Source of the DNA: a virus
Length of the DNA stretch: 64,000 nt
IMG/VR virus record: IMGVR_UViG_3300003323_000990
Location: 1-64,000 of that record
Reading direction: 5' to 3' (one strand)
The notes beneath the pieces were generated by a model. That model worked only from the letters and a program-made list of their open reading frames with translations. It ran no database searches and was not told where the DNA came from. Numbering within the stretch: the first letter of the stretch is position 1; every line of letters starts with the position of its first letter. Both the position numbers and the translations under genes were made by a program. Shown here piece after piece: positions 1 to 8,629 of this stretch.

Positions 1-41
1 AATGCAATATAATAATTTTATAACCTTTATTAAACCCAGCC
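1..41 (-). promoter_or_regulatory. early-promoter-like cassette copy A (minus strand, reads out of the window)
   Basis: The reverse complement of 1-41 is GGCTGGGTTTAATAAAGGTTATAAAATTATTATATTGCATT. Its last 25 nt are identical to 57176-57200. Confidence 0.5.
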
Positions 42-42
42 A

Positions 43-80
43 GAAACAAAATAGGGGGCTCTAAGAATAGAATTACCCCC
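43..80 (-). terminator. putative intrinsic terminator (minus sense)
   Basis: Minus sense reads GGGGGT..16 nt..GCCCCC followed by TATTTTGTTTC, downstream of the 93-1025 gene. Confidence 0.45.
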
Positions 81-92
81 GTTGTACTAACC

Positions 93-1025
93 CTAAATTG
101 TAGTTTCTTTATATTTATTATAATCAGGCATATAATTCCAGAATGGTGTTGGAAGTATAGTTCCCTCAGGAGTATTATCTTGTACATCTTTCATTGATCG
201 TACTCCTGCTGCATAATACATTCCGGGATGACTAGTAAATACAATGAGATTTAACTGTATCTCATTTTCAGGGTAACTATTTATCCCCATTACCATGGCA
301 GGAACTTCAGTAGTTCTTTCTCCCCCAGGAATCTCCCCGATCACACTATCCTCGTCAGGATAGAAGATAACTATTTCCCCAATATTAGGGATTCTTCTTG
401 CGGCTTCCCTGTTTATATTCTGAGGATTAGGGAACCATTGGGCTTTAATATTATCCTCTATCTTTAATTTAAATGCCTCTTCCTGTTCCTTTGTTAGCTC
501 AGTAGGTATTAGCTTATTCTTATCATATCCGATTACTTGGGTTGAAGTTAGATCACCCCCTGTTTTAGCTATATCAACCCCAAATGCAACACTCCTGTCC
601 CCATTTGGAAAGGCTTTTGCCCAAGTAGAAAACTCAGGTGATGTTATTGCGATTTTATTGGCTAATTGGATAATTTGGTTGGCAACATGTTCCCTGAATA
701 TTGCACTCCGGGTGATTAAATCATCAATTTTATTGAGGGTTTCTGATGCAGTTTTACTTTGTATATTACGGAGCTGTCTAGTTAACGGCGTATCTGATGC
801 TATTTGGCATTTTGTAGCGTTTTCTCCCATAAAATACTGAATGATTATTGGGAGCTTATTAAAAGCTGCTAGAAACTCACCAAAAGATACATAAAAAAAT
901 CCCCCAGCCCCGTTATCAAAGTTAATTGAGATTTTATCCTTTGCCCAATCTAAGGTATTTTCTCCGGGGAGCTCCGTTAATGTGAAATTCATTGTAACGT
1001 GAGGGTAATTAGTACTGTTTTCCAT
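93..1025 (-). CDS. hypothetical protein (310 aa)
   Basis: ATG-initiated 310-codon ORF on the minus strand. A hairpin plus T-rich tract lies downstream (minus sense) at 43-80. No family motif recognised. Confidence 0.6.
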   Translation of the reverse strand: MENSTNYPHVTMNFTLTELPGENTLDWAKDKISINFDNGAGGFFYVSFGEFLAAFNKLPIIIQYFMGENATKCQIASDTPLTRQLRNIQSKTASETLNKIDDLITRSAIFREHVANQIIQLANKIAITSPEFSTWAKAFPNGDRSVAFGVDIAKTGGDLTSTQVIGYDKNKLIPTELTKEQEEAFKLKIEDNIKAQWFPNPQNINREAARRIPNIGEIVIFYPDEDSVIGEIPGGERTTEVPAMVMGINSYPENEIQLNLIVFTSHPGMYYAAGVRSMKDVQDNTPEGTILPTPFWNYMPDYNKYKETTI

Positions 1026-1035
1026 GTTTTAAGGT

Positions 1036-1239
1036 TTATTTTTTGTAATCAATTATTTTTATTTCCTTAATCTCATTCCAATCTTTCATTGCTTTGGCAT
1101 GAGAAGCAATTGTACCATTAGCATGCTGATGTAAAACGTTCTCAGCGGCTTTAGTACGTGCAATCCAATAACGGTTTGCTTGCTTTAACTTACGAATTTC
1201 TGTATTCGCTTTGTGTAATTGAGTATGATTTGCAGACAT
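1036..1239 (-). CDS. hypothetical small basic protein (67 aa)
   Basis: ATG ORF ending 10 nt upstream of the 93-1025 gene on the same strand. No motif recognised. Confidence 0.5.
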   Translation of the reverse strand: MSANHTQLHKANTEIRKLKQANRYWIARTKAAENVLHQHANGTIASHAKAMKDWNEIKEIKIIDYKK

Positions 1240-1304
1240 ATCAGTGAATTTAAAGGTTAAAAGAGCTCAAATAGACATAAGAGCCCGGCATATACCACGT
1301 TAGT

Positions 1305-1826
1305 TCATGTTTCTGGGACTGGAAAAATGTTGGGCATTACCCTTTGTGTTAATCTAAATCCCAAAATTCTTTGTAAAGCATGTAAATGATAAACCCATTC
1401 AGTAATTTCAGAGGGATGTTGCCTTGGTAGCTTAACAAACTCGTTATGAGCTATTGTTAAGTAATCCAATACCTCTTTTTCTTCATAAGTAAGGATTACT
1501 TCCGTGTATTTTACATTGTCTATACCCGCTGTTGGGGGGGATTTTGGAATACCCGGAGTAAATACTTGATGATGATCAGTTTCTGAGGCTATTTTTATCC
1601 AACTATTAGCACTACCTAGTCTAATAATTATGGGTTCTTTAGAGGACTCAGCAAATTTAATGAAATTATCTGCATTAAGTTGGCTTTCAAAATACCTCTT
1701 ATATACATCTTTAGAAAGTTTATCCACTAATATTACAGGAATACCCTTTGAGGGCCAAGTTGGGGGATTAGCAAGGTCTATATAAACCCTTTCTACTAAT
1801 ACCTTAACACTTTTATTTTGTAACAT
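1305..1826 (-). CDS. hypothetical protein
   Basis: The track start at 1832 is TTG; the first ATG is at 1826 (MLQNKSVKV...). Overlaps the 3' end of the upstream gene by 14 nt. No motif recognised. Confidence 0.55.
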   Translation of the reverse strand: MLQNKSVKVLVERVYIDLANPPTWPSKGIPVILVDKLSKDVYKRYFESQLNADNFIKFAESSKEPIIIRLGSANSWIKIASETDHHQVFTPGIPKSPPTAGIDNVKYTEVILTYEEKEVLDYLTIAHNEFVKLPRQHPSEITEWVYHLHALQRILGFRLTQRVMPNIFPVPET

Positions 1827-2313
1827 ATTCAATAGGTTTTAAACTACTGGATAAATAAAGAGGGTGTTTCGGTAATCCTCTTTTTGAGATATCAAAACAA
1901 TGCAGTTTTAATCCTTTAAGCCTATCTAAAACTATTCTATCCTGTTCATATAAATCCCCCTTATCTCCCCACATGCAGATTATTTTAGCAGGACCATCTG
2001 GGTAAGCTACTAATTCAATAATATGCTTTAAATTTTCGGGACCCTGGCATTCTTTCCTAGAATGATTGAGTAATACAAAAGGATTACGGGACCTCAAAGC
2101 AAACAGATTTACTATAGTAAATCCACCATATCCCCATGTTTGGCAATATTTAGTTAATTTACGTATAGCTGCATCGTCTTTGTCTGCATCAGCTGTACTG
2201 GGGTTTAATCCAATAAATAATACCCTTTGTAAAGTATTATCCCAGACCCTTGTGAGAGTGTAGCGATATCTCTGGCAATCAGAGATAGTGGCTTTTTTGA
2301 GAATGTAATTCAT
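1813..2313 (-). CDS. DUF1643-like protein
   Basis: RYRYTLTRVWD, LFIGLNPSTADADKDDAAIRKL and IVNLFALRS match my memory of the DUF1643 family signature. Not verified by search. Confidence 0.6.
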   Translation of the reverse strand: MNYILKKATISDCQRYRYTLTRVWDNTLQRVLFIGLNPSTADADKDDAAIRKLTKYCQTWGYGGFTIVNLFALRSRNPFVLLNHSRKECQGPENLKHIIELVAYPDGPAKIICMWGDKGDLYEQDRIVLDRLKGLKLHCFDISKRGLPKHPLYLSSSLKPIEYVTK

Positions 2314-2416
2314 ATAGCTAACGTGTTTAGTGTTATAAAGTGCACCTTACCAAGAGTAGTAAGGAAGGCTTATTTCATATAACTTTTCTACTTCAAAATT
2401 AAATAGTATTCCCACT

Positions 2417-2445
2417 AAAAACCCCAGTAGTAGATACTACCGGGG
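2417..2445 (-). terminator. intrinsic terminator (minus sense)
   Basis: Minus sense reads CCCCGGTAGTA..TACTACTGGGG followed by TTTTT, downstream of the 2538-2948 gene. Confidence 0.6.
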
Positions 2446-2537
2446 AGAAATTTATGGATGTAAATTGTTAATGACCTTTTTTACGTTCCTGTTCCTTTTC
2501 AATTGCTTTGCCAAGCTTTTCCCACCAAAGCCTGAAT

Positions 2538-2948
2538 TTATAATACTTCTCCAGTATTTTCAGATGGTTCCACTTTATTTGCCAAATCAACCTTTTTAGC
2601 ATTTTGCTTTAGTTTTTTGTTACCAATTATTTTACAATTTTCTTCATGCCTTAACATATATTCCTCACAAGCTGCGACCATGGCATCTTTACCCCCAATA
2701 AGAAAAGCTTTAGTAAGAAAGTCTACGGGGTTTTCTATAAGGTATTCAGTGAGTAAATATCTCTTACGAGGTTTAATTTTCTTACCCTCGACTTCTTTAT
2801 AGCCTTTTTCCAATAATTGGGAACCAAGTAAGCTGGTTTTTACGTTGGAAGTTCTAAGATTGCCATCGTCGTCGAGTATATAGAGGATGGGGAGCTTCTG
2901 GCAAAAGCTCTCAATTAATTCCTTATCTTCTTTAGAAAGTTTATCCAT
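2538..2948 (-). CDS. hypothetical protein
   Basis: The track start at 3008 is TTG; the first ATG is at 2948 (MDKLSKEDKELIE...). A minus-sense hairpin plus T5 lies downstream at 2417-2445. Confidence 0.55.
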   Translation of the reverse strand: MDKLSKEDKELIESFCQKLPILYILDDDGNLRTSNVKTSLLGSQLLEKGYKEVEGKKIKPRKRYLLTEYLIENPVDFLTKAFLIGGKDAMVAACEEYMLRHEENCKIIGNKKLKQNAKKVDLANKVEPSENTGEVL

Positions 2949-3014
2949 ATCTTGGGTATTAAAAATAAAAATAGTACATTCTAGTAGGGGGCAATACCAA
3001 AGCCTCAATTAAAT

Positions 3015-4055
3015 ATGAAAATAAAACATGAATACACTGTATTGGGAGTAAGTGCCGGGATAGGAGTAAGTTTATACCCTTTTAGGAAGCATCTTGTGGG
3101 AAATTATGAAGGTAGAAGTATATTTCACAGCAAGGGAGATAAACAGTGGAGATTAAATTTTAAAGATATTCCCTTATACAGAACTATTCCAACACTTTTT
3201 AATGGTTGTAGACAACAGGTGGATGTTATAATATCCTCCCCAGATTGTGGCAGTGGATCAATCCTAAGATTGTCAAGAGCTAAAAAATTGGGGGATCATA
3301 AACAAAATGTCTCATTAGCGGCCTTCTTTGAAGCAATACATGTGTATTGGCCCAAATTATTTTATTTTGAAAACCTGGAAGGGTTATTTAAGAGTTACCC
3401 AGAAAGAGAGTTTAACCAAATACTTCGAAATTATAGGTTAGTTAAACATGTAGCGTCTGTATCTCACTGGGGAAATTCTCAGGTTAGTCGTAAACGTCTT
3501 ATCATAATTGGTATTAGGAGGGATTTACCGCGTAAACTAAAAAGATGTTTTAAATTACCTGAAGTTCCAGAATTAAAACAGTGTTGGGAATTAATGAAGC
3601 ACCTGGAGCAAAGGGAAAAACCCGATATTTGCCATGTTCGGGAGAAGATGGATATCCCTATCTCTATTCATGCTGGGAAAAAGTTAACCCCAAAACAAAT
3701 TGCTTTAGAGTGGAATAGTAGTAGAAAAGACCAAAAAAGGTGGGAAACCCCAGAATACAAATTTTCAAGTGCCCCCGGAGTATACAGGAACCTTGCTGAG
3801 GATTATCCGGCAACTGCCCGTAAAGCAAATCGCCAATTTGATCATCATGGACTAATGTTAACTCCAAGGCAATTGGCACGAATACAGGGAGTTCCTGATA
3901 AATTTAAAATCCATTATGAACCAGACAAGTCCTTATATTGGATTAATAAGGGAAGAGCTGCAGTAACAAAAACTCCTCCTTACGAGATTTCTGTTTGGTT
4001 TAAACGCAAAATTGAAAAACACTACAAATTATGGAGTACGCAACCAGAAAATTAG
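3015..4055 (+). CDS. DNA (cytosine-5)-methyltransferase-like protein with variant catalytic motif
   Basis: Ordered Dcm-type motifs. Motif I is LGVSAGIGVS. Motif IV is ISSPDCGSGS, where PPCQ is normal. Motif VI is FENLEG. Motif VIII is SQVSRKRLIIIG. Motif IX is LTPRQLARIQGVPDKF. Confidence 0.7.
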   Translation: MKIKHEYTVLGVSAGIGVSLYPFRKHLVGNYEGRSIFHSKGDKQWRLNFKDIPLYRTIPTLFNGCRQQVDVIISSPDCGSGSILRLSRAKKLGDHKQNVSLAAFFEAIHVYWPKLFYFENLEGLFKSYPEREFNQILRNYRLVKHVASVSHWGNSQVSRKRLIIIGIRRDLPRKLKRCFKLPEVPELKQCWELMKHLEQREKPDICHVREKMDIPISIHAGKKLTPKQIALEWNSSRKDQKRWETPEYKFSSAPGVYRNLAEDYPATARKANRQFDHHGLMLTPRQLARIQGVPDKFKIHYEPDKSLYWINKGRAAVTKTPPYEISVWFKRKIEKHYKLWSTQPEN

Positions 4056-4666
4056 TAAGGCCTTTACAGGCCAATCAGTATTATCCTACTAAGGTAGTAA
4101 AGAAAAGGATTATATTGCACCATACTGCGGGGGGTTCTGCTCAGAGCTCAGTAGATTGGTGGAATACTAATCCCGATCATGTGGCCACCGCTTTCATCAT
4201 TGATAGAGATGGGCATGTCTATCAGAACTTTGATCCGCAGTATTGGTCGTATGCCCTGGGTTTAACGGGAGGAACCAATATTGAAAAGTCCTCAATCCAA
4301 ATAGAATTAGCCTCTTGGGGCCCAGTTCAGTGGAAAGAGGGGGATAATGAATTCACTGCAATAGCCTCACCTAAAACAACTATCCCCTTCAACAATGTGG
4401 TTGCTTGCCCTTTTAGAGGATACAAGTTTTACGAAAGGTACACAGATGAACAAGTTGAATCATGCGTAGGTTTAATTGCCATGCTGGTACATGATTTCAA
4501 AATAGAACTACAGGAACATTTGGAAGGATTCTGGAACTTGGCTCCCAAACCCTTATCAGTGGGAAATGGGTTATATGCCCATACCACTTTTAGAAAGGAT
4601 AAGGCAGATATATATCCTCAGCCTTCTTTGATACAGGCCATTTATAATAAGTTTGTAAAACTATAG
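4031..4666 (+). CDS. N-acetylmuramoyl-L-alanine amidase (PGRP/Amidase_2-type endolysin)
   Basis: RIILHHTAGGSA, ATAFIIDRDGHVYQ and SIQIELASWG are typical of type-2 amidases. A tandem hairpin terminator follows at 4663-4706. Confidence 0.8.
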   Translation: MEYATRKLVRPLQANQYYPTKVVKKRIILHHTAGGSAQSSVDWWNTNPDHVATAFIIDRDGHVYQNFDPQYWSYALGLTGGTNIEKSSIQIELASWGPVQWKEGDNEFTAIASPKTTIPFNNVVACPFRGYKFYERYTDEQVESCVGLIAMLVHDFKIELQEHLEGFWNLAPKPLSVGNGLYAHTTFRKDKADIYPQPSLIQAIYNKFVKL

Positions 4667-4706
4667 GAACATGCCGACAGGCTGTTCCTATCCGCGTAGC
4701 GGATTT
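4663..4706 (+). terminator. tandem-hairpin terminator after the endolysin gene
   Basis: A 12-bp stem ATAGGAACA(t)GCC-gaca-GGCTGTTCCTAT, then CCGC-gta-GCGG, then ATTT. Confidence 0.65.
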
Positions 4707-4813
4707 ATATAAAAACAATTACTTTAAACGGAGTAAAAATTATTTAAGAAATATATATACTTACGTATATATTTCTATATATTACCCCATTAGGTATTTT
4801 TAGGTATTTCTTT

Positions 4814-4831
4814 CGCATGCGCGCACGTACG
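4814..4831. other. 18-nt perfectly alternating pyrimidine-purine GC-rich island (Z-DNA-prone) made of nested palindromes
   Basis: The sequence is CGCATGCGCGCACGTACG. It contains the palindromes GCATGC, TGCGCGCA and CGTACG. It sits in a 202-bp AT-rich noncoding region upstream of the packaging/late operon. Confidence 0.8.
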
Positions 4832-4868
4832 AGGACTATTTCACTAAAACACCCATAAACCTTACAAA

Positions 4869-5612
4869 ATGCAATCACTAAAGGTAGTATTTTCCCACGT
4901 GATCTTTGGTTTGCTGGCAATAGGGGCTGTGCTCCTTTATATGAAGGCCTGCACTCATAAAACCATTAATCCTCCAAAAACTCATGTGGAGGCTGAAACC
5001 AGAGCAGTGCAAGACACCATCAAGAAGTATATTACCTTGATGGATACCTTGAGGAAAAAATATACAATTGAGGTCCCAGATACAGTAGTGATATACACTG
5101 AGAAATATGTTCCGGGAAAGGTAAAATATATTGAGGTAACTGATTCTGCAGGATATGTTTCCATTATAGATAGCTTAACTAAGGAAATTATTTCAATGGG
5201 AAAGGTAAAGGATTATCTTAATGCCTCAACCTATAATCTAGTATCGGCAAAATTTTCTAAAGATAACTCATCCTTTGATCTATTGAACATTAACGGGGAG
5301 ATAAAAACTCTCAAATACAGGGTTGACTACCTTAACTATAACTACTTCTACGATGGTGAGGGATTAAGATCAGAGAAAAAATACACAGGGTTTTTACCCA
5401 AAGCTAAACTCCAATATCCCAAAGCCTTTTACACCACCTCTAATCTATCTGCAAGTTACGACCCATTTAACAAAATCATAAGTACACACCTGGACTATTC
5501 TGTTTATTATGGCCGATTGGGGTTATTTAACAGAGTAGGAATAGAATCCGCTACACAGGGCTCCTCTGCAAAAGCAAAATATGATGTGGGTTTAACTTTT
5601 AGGCTAAAATGA
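4869..5612 (+). CDS. membrane-anchored or exported protein with Tyr-rich beta-rich C-terminal half
   Basis: N-terminal hydrophobic segment VIFGLLAIGAVLLYMKAC. The C-terminal half has alternating aromatic patterns (LDYSVYYGRLGLF..YDVGLTFRLK). ATGA overlap with terL. It sits where a small terminase would be expected. Confidence 0.6.
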   Translation: MQSLKVVFSHVIFGLLAIGAVLLYMKACTHKTINPPKTHVEAETRAVQDTIKKYITLMDTLRKKYTIEVPDTVVIYTEKYVPGKVKYIEVTDSAGYVSIIDSLTKEIISMGKVKDYLNASTYNLVSAKFSKDNSSFDLLNINGEIKTLKYRVDYLNYNYFYDGEGLRSEKKYTGFLPKAKLQYPKAFYTTSNLSASYDPFNKIISTHLDYSVYYGRLGLFNRVGIESATQGSSAKAKYDVGLTFRLK

Positions 5613-7111
5613 GTAAGAAGGCAAAAATAGACACAAAGATACTGAATGATAAGGAATTTAAAGAATTAGTTGAATGCCGAAGGAATCCTATATTCTTTTC
5701 TCAATTTATTAAGGTAATTCACCCAATTTTGGGTAAGGTACCCTTTATTTTGTATCCCTATCAGGTATCTACTCTCCTGCAATTTTTAAACAATAGGTTT
5801 AATATAGTTCTTAAATTCCGGCAAGCGGGTCTTACAGAACTCATTGCGATGTATTGCTTATGGATGACGATGTACCACTCTCACAAAAACGTGGTAATTA
5901 TTTCCATTAAGGATAGAGTTGCAAAGAAAGTTCTCAGGAAGATCAAGTTCATGTATAAGAATTTACCTGATCATCTAAAGATACCCGTCGTCAATGGAAG
6001 GGGAAATGATATAGGTACTGCTTCTGAATTGGAATTTTCTAATGGTTCTATAATTTCATCTATTCCCACCACGGAGGAAGCTGGTCGTTCTGAGGCTGTA
6101 TCCCTTCTCGTAATTGATGAAGCAGCCATTGTAAGATGGGCAGAAAAAATTTGGTCTGCTGCATTTCCTACCCTCTCCACTGGAGGACGAGCAATACTAA
6201 ATTCTACTGCTTATGGGGTTGGTAACTTATTTCATAGGCAATTTGTTAATGCTCTTTCCGGGGGTAGCGTATTTAATGCAATTAGACTTCACTGGCAAAT
6301 GCACCCCGAAAGGGATATAAATTGGTATAATCAACAGAAAGACATTCTTGGTCCCCGTAAAACCGCCCAGGAAATTGATGGAGACTTTTTAACCTCAGGT
6401 AATACAGTATTTGACTTAGCAGATATCCGAGATATAGAGGATGCTTTAGAAGATTATCCACCCATAGAAATAAAGGAAAATGGATTACTAAGAGTGTTTG
6501 AAGAACCAAAAAGGGGAGTACCTTATTTCTTGGGAGCAGATATTGCAACTGGTAGAGCACGAGATTATACCACATTATCTATAATGGATAGAGCAGGCGA
6601 CGAGAAGCTTTGCTTTAAGGGAAAAATAGGAATTGACAAAGCCCGTAGATTAATTGCGGGATGGGGCAAAAAGTTTAATTACGCTATAGTTGCTCCAGAA
6701 AGTAATGACATTGGTTTAGGGGTTGCTACTGGATTACAGGAACAGGGTTATGCAAATCTTTACTATACTGAGGCATTGCTCCGTAAAAAAGGAGAAGGAA
6801 AACCTGAGAAACAAAAAATACCCGGTTGGTATACAACTAAAAAGAACAGACCCATAATTATTGCAGGATTGGAGGAAGATATCCGCAATGATGATGTAAT
6901 AATAAAAGATCCTGCTTTTTGCGTAGAAGCTCAAACCTTTATTTATAACGAGCAGAATAGACCAGTAGCAATGGGTAAAGATAAAACTGGAGCTGGCTCA
7001 GATGATTTAGATGATGATACCGTTTACACGGATGACGCTATCATGGGCAAAGCAATAGTAAATCATATCCGTAAAGGTAAAATTTATAATTCAACAGTAT
7101 TACCAAAATAA
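5609..7111 (+). CDS. terL: terminase large subunit
   Basis: ATPase core (KFRQAGLTELIA P-loop variant; Walker B SLLVIDEAAIV), 500 aa, directly upstream of the portal-sized gene. Confidence 0.85.
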   Translation: MSKKAKIDTKILNDKEFKELVECRRNPIFFSQFIKVIHPILGKVPFILYPYQVSTLLQFLNNRFNIVLKFRQAGLTELIAMYCLWMTMYHSHKNVVIISIKDRVAKKVLRKIKFMYKNLPDHLKIPVVNGRGNDIGTASELEFSNGSIISSIPTTEEAGRSEAVSLLVIDEAAIVRWAEKIWSAAFPTLSTGGRAILNSTAYGVGNLFHRQFVNALSGGSVFNAIRLHWQMHPERDINWYNQQKDILGPRKTAQEIDGDFLTSGNTVFDLADIRDIEDALEDYPPIEIKENGLLRVFEEPKRGVPYFLGADIATGRARDYTTLSIMDRAGDEKLCFKGKIGIDKARRLIAGWGKKFNYAIVAPESNDIGLGVATGLQEQGYANLYYTEALLRKKGEGKPEKQKIPGWYTTKKNRPIIIAGLEEDIRNDDVIIKDPAFCVEAQTFIYNEQNRPVAMGKDKTGAGSDDLDDDTVYTDDAIMGKAIVNHIRKGKIYNSTVLPK

Positions 7112-7112
7112 T

Positions 7113-8627
7113 ATGGCATCATTTTTCCGAAAACTTTTAGGTATACCAGACAGGGAATTTTTTGAAGAGATTATTATGCGGGTTAATTCCCCAAAGAAAG
7201 AGGAAGTTGCTCCTGCCACTGGGGGCACTGCCGCTTTACCAGGTGGAAGGCAGAGTGAGCCAGTTAGTGACAGTAATAATTTTTATAATACTTTCCAATA
7301 TCCAGAGGGTTATAGGATAGTTCAACCAGATTTTTTAACAGAGGTAATTCCTGTCATAAGGAGGTTATGTTATAGTAACCCTGACATGGCGCAAGCTCTC
7401 CATAATATAGTGACTTTAGGTAATACCGGTCACAAGGTGTTTTTTGATCGTAATGTAGATGATGAGCAGGCGGATGAGATGCGTAACCACTTAACTAACA
7501 AACATACCGAATGGGCCCCGGGTCAAGCGGGTTCAAATGGTTTAGTAAATAAAATGCTCGCTCAATTAATGATTGGGGGAGCATCTTCTGCTGAATGGGT
7601 GCCCGATAATAAACTATCAACCATTAAAACTGTGTTGATGGTAAATCCAGAACAAATACGATTCCGATTAAATAAAGATAAAACTACCTATGAACCCTAC
7701 CAAAGAGTAACCAATACTGTAGTACCTGGTGCTTTAGTTGATGGGAACCTTAAAAAATTAAATACAAAAACCTATCAGTATTATGCTCTTAATGGGGATA
7801 CAGAATTACCCTATGGTATTCCCCCTTATATGCCGTCATTGGGTCCAGTAAAAACCCAGAAGTGCATGAATGATAATATTGAGTTCACTATTAATCAGAT
7901 GGGCCTATTAGGTTTTCTGGAAGTACTCATTGAGAAACCCGCTAATACCACTAATAAAGGGCAAAAGAATTACGATATATACCTTGAAGAATTGCTTAAC
8001 CAAGCTAAATCCAGAATACAGGAAGGTTATAAGGATGGTGCAGTAGTAGGCTTTAAGGATGATCACGAATTTACCTTCCATTCTGTAGCTAAGGATTATG
8101 AGAAAGCTATAGAGCTTTATAAAAACAATGAACTACAGTTTGCAACTGCCCTAAAACAGGATGCTTCTCTTTGGGGGAGAAACTATAATACCAGTGAAAC
8201 TAATATCACTGTAGTCTTTATGAAGATGCTTAGTGAGCTTCGTAATATGCAGAATATCATAAAGACTCAACTAATCTTCGGATATACACTAGAACTTCGT
8301 TTAGCGGGTTATAATTTCCAATACCTTACTGTTGAATTTAATCCAAGTACAATACAGGATGAATTAAAGATTCAACAGGGTAAAGAAATAAAAATAAGAA
8401 ACCTTATTCAATTGTATCTCATGGGTACAATATCAGAAAAACAATTTGCTGATGAATTGGGATACGAAGCACCAGATCAACCCACACCCAGGGTACCTAT
8501 CGAATTATTGGCTGGCGCCGGCAATCCAGCAGATAAAGCTGAATCTGATAAGGACCGGGAAGATCAGAAAAATAAGAGCGATAAAAAAGTAAGAGATAAA
8601 AACAAACCAGTACCAAAAAATAAATAA
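7113..8627 (+). CDS. portal protein
   Basis: 504 aa, immediately after terL, with a charged K/D-rich C-terminal tail. Call rests on position and size. Confidence 0.7.
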   Translation: MASFFRKLLGIPDREFFEEIIMRVNSPKKEEVAPATGGTAALPGGRQSEPVSDSNNFYNTFQYPEGYRIVQPDFLTEVIPVIRRLCYSNPDMAQALHNIVTLGNTGHKVFFDRNVDDEQADEMRNHLTNKHTEWAPGQAGSNGLVNKMLAQLMIGGASSAEWVPDNKLSTIKTVLMVNPEQIRFRLNKDKTTYEPYQRVTNTVVPGALVDGNLKKLNTKTYQYYALNGDTELPYGIPPYMPSLGPVKTQKCMNDNIEFTINQMGLLGFLEVLIEKPANTTNKGQKNYDIYLEELLNQAKSRIQEGYKDGAVVGFKDDHEFTFHSVAKDYEKAIELYKNNELQFATALKQDASLWGRNYNTSETNITVVFMKMLSELRNMQNIIKTQLIFGYTLELRLAGYNFQYLTVEFNPSTIQDELKIQQGKEIKIRNLIQLYLMGTISEKQFADELGYEAPDQPTPRVPIELLAGAGNPADKAESDKDREDQKNKSDKKVRDKNKPVPKNK

Positions 8628-8629
8628 TT

